Part shown: positions 59,957 to 64,000 of the stretch, piece by piece
Position numbering within the stretch: the stretch's first letter is position 1
Layout of the letters: every line of letters starts with the position of its first letter
Source of the DNA: Vicinamibacterales bacterium
Lineage (GTDB): Bacteria > Acidobacteriota > Vicinamibacteria > Vicinamibacterales > 2-12-FULL-66-21
NCBI GenBank assembly: GCA_035491715.1
Contig: DATJKH010000045.1
Location: 11,993 to 75,992, forward strand
DNA length: 64,000 nt
Direction of reading: 5' to 3'
Translations under genes and position numbers: made by a program
Notes under the pieces: model-generated
Told to the model about the DNA's origin: nothing
The model's database searches: none
What the model saw: only the letters and a program-made list of their open reading frames with translations

Positions 59957-61651
59957 TCAGAGGAGCATCGCCAAATTCTCTCGTCGCCGCGCAAAGATAC
60001 GTCGAGCAGGGATGAACAACAGCTTTCCGATCCCATAGCTCACGATGCACCAGAACATCATCAGAATCGGCACGAGCGTCGTGCTGTGCATCCAGGCGGA
60101 AGCCGCGAACGCGATCAATACTGCCGGTAGTATCGAAACGATGAAGCTGATCATCCCGAGCAGGGCCGCCAGTCCGTGAGCGTTGCTGCCGCGCCCGATG
60201 CTGTTGAGATCGACGACGCGTGGAAACAATGCTGACAGGATAGCGGCGGCCGGCGCGACGAGAAAGTAAGTTGAAAGCAGCGCCAGCGGAATGGCAAGCC
60301 AGAGCGCCGGCGATCCTCCGGGTAGTAGCGAGACCGCCACCAGGACCGAGAGTGAAATGGGCAACGCCGCAATCAGACCGTTTCCCACTGCCTTCCCCGC
60401 CAGGTAATCGCGATCGCTCAATGGCGACAGCAGGGCCAGGGTAAGTCCGGCGTTGTCGACCGCGAACTGGTTCATCGCGACCGGCAGGACCGCAAGGAGA
60501 CCCACGAACGACGCGAACCCGGCGATCGACAGTCCGGTATTGAATGTGAACGGACTGGAATCGAAATTCCCTATCGAGTTTCGCGAGACAAACGCGAATA
60601 TTCCGGTGACCACAACCGGCGACAAGACGATCGAACGGCCGCGGGGAGTGCGTAGAGCGAGCCGCAGCTGCGCCAGCGCGACGGCGGACGCCCCCGAGGA
60701 CAGTCCTGGCAACGTCCGGCCCCAGGCCGCGCGCGTCGGTACGGCCCGCCGCGCGCCCGTCGAGCCCGGCGACGCCAGGACCTTGGCGAACGCCGCCATG
60801 CCAATGGCGTGAACGATCAACGCCGCCGCGAGGAGCGCGACCAGGCTGCCGCCCGCCGCCATCAGATCGGCGGATGCCGCACTGCGTGTCGATCGCGCGT
60901 AGGCCTCGGGCGGATATACGGCGAACGCGCGCACACTGGTGTCTTTGACCCAATCCGGCACTTGAGAGGCGATCGCAGACGGCCGCCGGTCGGCACCGGG
61001 TACATGTCGAAGACCATTCAGCAGGCCCGGGAGCATGCTTGCGGCGGGAATGATCACGATGAACAGCAACGCCAACAGTTCACCGCGGCGCCGATCGCGC
61101 ACCAGCAGATGGAGCACGCTCGTTGCGAGTGACGTCAGACCAACGATGACGAGCACCAGTAGCACGCCCGCGACAAGCGACAGCAGCGCCGCGACGAACG
61201 AGGCACCGATCAGGAGGCCGACTGGGACGAACAGCACGATCGGCAACATCAGGACAACCCACAGGTCACCAAAGGCCGACGATGTTTGCGCGATGTAGAG
61301 TGTGCCCCGAGGAATTGGCAGCAGAAGCAATCGAACCGGGTTGGTGCGGTCGGCTGCCGGCAACAGTAGCGGACCAAAAATCGACACAATCGGAACGATC
61401 AGGAGCAGGTAGCGAGCCGCTTCAAAGAAGAGCGAGTGCTGATTGCCCCGCGCGAGTGCAATTCCGCTTGCGGTCGCCGCAGCCGCGAGGATCAGCGCGG
61501 ACGGGACGATGAGCACGGCCGCCATGATTGGGCCGAGCTTCTCGATCGCGATGGAGAACCGCTCGACGGTATCGCGGGCCCCGGTTTTCTCGAGCGAATT
61601 GATCAGCATGCGCCAGCGCAGCCACGCGAACGCGCGCAGAATGTTCAGCAT
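59957..61651 (-). CDS. Polytopic membrane protein, putative ABC-2-type exporter permease
   Basis: 564 aa, about 12 TM segments, 6 nt downstream of an ABC ATPase gene. Confidence 0.65.
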   Translation of the reverse strand: MLNILRAFAWLRWRMLINSLEKTGARDTVERFSIAIEKLGPIMAAVLIVPSALILAAAATASGIALARGNQHSLFFEAARYLLLIVPIVSIFGPLLLPAADRTNPVRLLLLPIPRGTLYIAQTSSAFGDLWVVLMLPIVLFVPVGLLIGASFVAALLSLVAGVLLVLVIVGLTSLATSVLHLLVRDRRRGELLALLFIVIIPAASMLPGLLNGLRHVPGADRRPSAIASQVPDWVKDTSVRAFAVYPPEAYARSTRSAASADLMAAGGSLVALLAAALIVHAIGMAAFAKVLASPGSTGARRAVPTRAAWGRTLPGLSSGASAVALAQLRLALRTPRGRSIVLSPVVVTGIFAFVSRNSIGNFDSSPFTFNTGLSIAGFASFVGLLAVLPVAMNQFAVDNAGLTLALLSPLSDRDYLAGKAVGNGLIAALPISLSVLVAVSLLPGGSPALWLAIPLALLSTYFLVAPAAAILSALFPRVVDLNSIGRGSNAHGLAALLGMISFIVSILPAVLIAFAASAWMHSTTLVPILMMFWCIVSYGIGKLLFIPARRIFARRRENLAMLL

Positions 61652-61657
61652 GTCGCG

Positions 61658-62428
61658 CTAGATCCAGTCGAGCGCGTGCGACTTCGCTTCACCGCCGACC
61701 AGCTCGATGAACAATTCCTCGAGCGTCTTGCCACTGTCGGCGCCGGATCGCAGATCGTCGATATGTCCCTGGGCGACCAGTTTTCCGTGAGCGATGACCC
61801 CAATGTGTGTGGACAATCGCTCGACGATCTCGAGAATGTGCGAGGTCAGAAAGATCGTTCCGCCGCGCGACACAAACGACAACAGCAGATCCTTGATCTG
61901 CCGCGAAGCGACCGCGTCGATGCCTTCGAACGGCTCATCGAGGAACAGCAGTTTCGGCGCAGGCAGTAGAGCGGCCGCGAGCGACAATTTCTTTCGCATC
62001 CCGTGAGAAAAATCAGTCACGAGCGTCGTGCCGGCGTCCTTCAGATCCATCAGATCGAGCAGATCCGCCGACCGCTGTTTCGCGGTCGACGGATCGATGC
62101 CGTGCACCTGCGCCACGAAGTTCAACGTTTCCTCGGCCGTCAACCGATCGAAGAGGGCCAGGTCTTCAGGGACGACGCCCGTGCGGCGTTTGACCGCGAC
62201 TGAATCAGCTAGCGGATCAACGCCGAGAATCATCATCGTCCCCGCGGTCGGGCGAAGCAGACCAGTGAGGCACTTGATGGTGGTCGACTTGCCGGCGCCG
62301 TTCGGTCCGAGAAATCCATAAAAGCTGCCGGACGGAACCGCGAGGTCGATTCCATCGACGGCGCGGAAGTTGCCGAAGGTTCGAGTGAGGCCCGTGGTCT
62401 GGACAGCTAGGTCGCCGTGCATGGGCAA
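61658..62428 (-). CDS. ABC transporter ATP-binding protein
   Basis: Walker A GPNGAGKST, signature-like FSHGMRKKLSLAAAL, Walker B LLFLDEP. Confidence 0.9.
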   Translation of the reverse strand: MPMHGDLAVQTTGLTRTFGNFRAVDGIDLAVPSGSFYGFLGPNGAGKSTTIKCLTGLLRPTAGTMMILGVDPLADSVAVKRRTGVVPEDLALFDRLTAEETLNFVAQVHGIDPSTAKQRSADLLDLMDLKDAGTTLVTDFSHGMRKKLSLAAALLPAPKLLFLDEPFEGIDAVASRQIKDLLLSFVSRGGTIFLTSHILEIVERLSTHIGVIAHGKLVAQGHIDDLRSGADSGKTLEELFIELVGGEAKSHALDWI

Positions 62429-62467
62429 TGATTGTATGTCGATGCTCGCCGATGGCAGAGCGATTGA

Positions 62468-62989
62468 TTAACAGGCGAGACGAAGAATCGTCTCGACGAA
62501 CGGACCAACGTCGTCGATCTTTCTGGCGGTGATGATGCCGCGATCCTCGGCGACTGGCCGGTCGACGTAGAGTCCGCCCGCGTTCGTGACGTCGATGGCA
62601 ATCGAGGGCCAGCAGGTGATCGTTCGGCCGCTGATCACGTTGGCGGAGATGAGCACCTGTGGGCCGTGTCCGACCGCGCCGACTGGAATGTTCGCGGCAA
62701 GGGCATCGCGGATGAGATCGAGGATGGCATGCCGCAGGCGCAGCCGATCGGGTGAATATCCTCCTGGAATCACCAGCGCTGAAAACGCCGCCGCACGCGT
62801 TCCGCGCACCGCCATGTCGCAGGCTGTGTCGACTCGGCCACGTCGTCCTGAGTAAAGGCGGCCGGTAAACGGCGCCAGGATAATCACTCGCGCTGCGGCT
62901 TTTTCGAACTGCTCCGACATCGCGGAAAACTCATCGTCGTCGAAGCCCTCATCAATTAGCACACCGATGCGAAGCTGGGCAGAAGGCAT
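62468..62989 (-). CDS. DJ-1/PfpI-family protein lacking the nucleophile cysteine
   Basis: 173 aa. Contains LVIPGGYSPDRL. The elbow reads PVGAVGHGPQVL where the family normally has AICHGP. Confidence 0.75.
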   Translation of the reverse strand: MPSAQLRIGVLIDEGFDDDEFSAMSEQFEKAAARVIILAPFTGRLYSGRRGRVDTACDMAVRGTRAAAFSALVIPGGYSPDRLRLRHAILDLIRDALAANIPVGAVGHGPQVLISANVISGRTITCWPSIAIDVTNAGGLYVDRPVAEDRGIITARKIDDVGPFVETILRLAC

Positions 62990-63084
62990 CGCAGGATTCT
63001 ATCGCTTGGCGAGCGGGGCGCCGCGGAGAAGGGCGCGCTTGGCCGCTGTAGCCCCGGGGCGAAGGCGGGTGGTACGATGAGGAG

Positions 63085-63432
63085 ATGAGAACGCTCCTGA
63101 TCAGCGGAGGAGACACGGCCGCTCCCGATCCGCTCGTCGATCTGCTCACCCGCGGCAGCACATCGCTCGAACAGCGGCGCGCGGCGGACGTGGCACGCGC
63201 CGGGTCACTGTTGGATGCCGATCGCGTCGTGTTCTGGTCTGCCGGCGATGATCCAACGGTTGCAGAAGTGGCTGAGCGCTATCGCCGCGCAGAGCGAGCC
63301 GAAAAGCGCGAGGCAATTGTCTTCGTCACAGCTGCTCGAGCCAACCCGACGCCGACCCTTCCCAACACGGAGACGTACGTCTGGCCACAGGATCGCGATC
63401 GGCTGATGATGGCGTTCCTGACGGGCGCATGA
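63085..63432 (+). CDS. Hypothetical protein
   Basis: 115 aa. Its stop overlaps the next gene's start (ATGA). No motif recognised. Confidence 0.45.
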   Translation: MRTLLISGGDTAAPDPLVDLLTRGSTSLEQRRAADVARAGSLLDADRVVFWSAGDDPTVAEVAERYRRAERAEKREAIVFVTAARANPTPTLPNTETYVWPQDRDRLMMAFLTGA

Positions 63433-64000
63433 ATCGACTGGCGCGCGAGCGTAGTCCGTATCTGCTCCAGCACGCAGCAAATCCTGTTGACTGGTATGCG
63501 TGGGGCGACGAGGCGTTTGACCGCGCCCGCCGCGAGGACAAGCCGATATTCCTGTCGATCGGGTACTCGACGTGTCACTGGTGCCACGTGATGGAGCACG
63601 AGTCCTTCGAGAACCCGGCCATCGCCGAGCTCCTGAACACCGATTTCGTGTCGATCAAGGTCGACCGCGAAGAGCGTCCTGATGTCGATCGCGTCTACAT
63701 GTCCTTCGTTCAGGCCACGACCGGGTCAGGTGGCTGGCCCATGACGGTGTTTCTGACGCCTGAATTGAAGCCGTTTTTCGGAGGAACGTATTTTCCGCCG
63801 GCGTCGAAATGGGGACGTCCCGGATTCTCCGATCTACTCGGTGAACTGGCGCGCGTCTGGAAACACGATCGCACGCGTGTCGAGGAGGCCGCAGCAGAAC
63901 TGCTCCAGAGATTGCGAGCCGTGACGGCGACCGATGGATCGTCGCGAGCTGAATCCGAGCTTGCCTCGACCGATGCGCTTGATGTCGCGATCGATCAGTT
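63429..64000 (+). CDS. Thioredoxin-domain protein (DUF255/YyaL-like), N-terminal part, continues beyond window
   Basis: Manual translation [60 protein letters not shown]...[24 protein letters not shown]. Absent from the ORF track because it has no stop in the window. Confidence 0.88.
   Translation, partial: MNRLARERSPYLLQHAANPVDWYAWGDEAFDRARREDKPIFLSIGYSTCHWCHVMEHESFENPAIAELLNTDFVSIKVDREERPDVDRVYMSFVQATTGSGGWPMTVFLTPELKPFFGGTYFPPASKWGRPGFSDLLGELARVWKHDRTRVEEAAAELLQRLRAVTATDGSSRAESELASTDALDVAIDQ

Overview
High-GC (roughly 60-65% by eye), gene-dense chromosomal segment with about 65 protein-coding genes. I saw no rRNA, tRNA, CRISPR array, transposase or phage genes. The phylum is most likely Acidobacteriota: there is a PadR regulator followed by a ~880-aa duplicated FtsX-type orphan permease (ADOP-type pair), several BNR/sortilin-like beta-propellers, and many Tat/lipoprotein exported hydrolases.

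Functional blocks, left to right:
- MFS transporter (partial), CFA-synthase-like methyltransferase, FAD oxidoreductase
- cytoplasmic BNR propeller plus a GG-terminated MoaD/ThiS protein
- PadR + ADOP permease
- BON protein and a CBM9/DUF5916-like outer-membrane protein
- esterase / S58 peptidase / ATP-grasp operon
- PadR + HAAS-like RDD membrane protein + secreted coiled-coil operon
- xylan-debranching pair (GH67 alpha-glucuronidase, SGNH esterase), GT39-like transferase, ROK kinase
- large VPS10/BNR protein, amidohydrolase, UMF1 MFS transporter
- membrane protein with discoidin domain, PD40 lipoprotein, Kbp-like BON/LysM protein
- four tandem single-domain response regulators
- L,D-transpeptidase, PolX-derived PHP protein
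- leucine-catabolism cluster (carboxyltransferase, hydratase, split biotin carboxylase/BCCP, HMG-CoA lyase), pcm
- sigma-54 activator followed by mlaEFD
- YtxH/DUF948-like stress cluster, YihY
- ECF sigma/anti-sigma pair
- DJ-1-like protein + ABC-2 exporter
- thioredoxin-domain protein (partial)

No classical defence or mobile system is visible. The most unusual signals are:
1. An AT-rich GAATC/TAATC-unit repeat family at four gene ends, including a 34-bp perfect inverted repeat.
2. An array of four translationally coupled receiver-only genes behind an SD-sequestering hairpin.
3. A cytoplasmic BNR propeller coupled to a ubiquitin-like GG protein.
4. An identical-architecture palindrome upstream of both PadR genes.
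5. Sigma-54-like promoters next to the sigma-54 activator.

All functional calls come from motif recognition in the supplied translations. No database search was run. The ORF track gives the longest ORFs and counts GTG/TTG as starts, so I trimmed several starts by hand.
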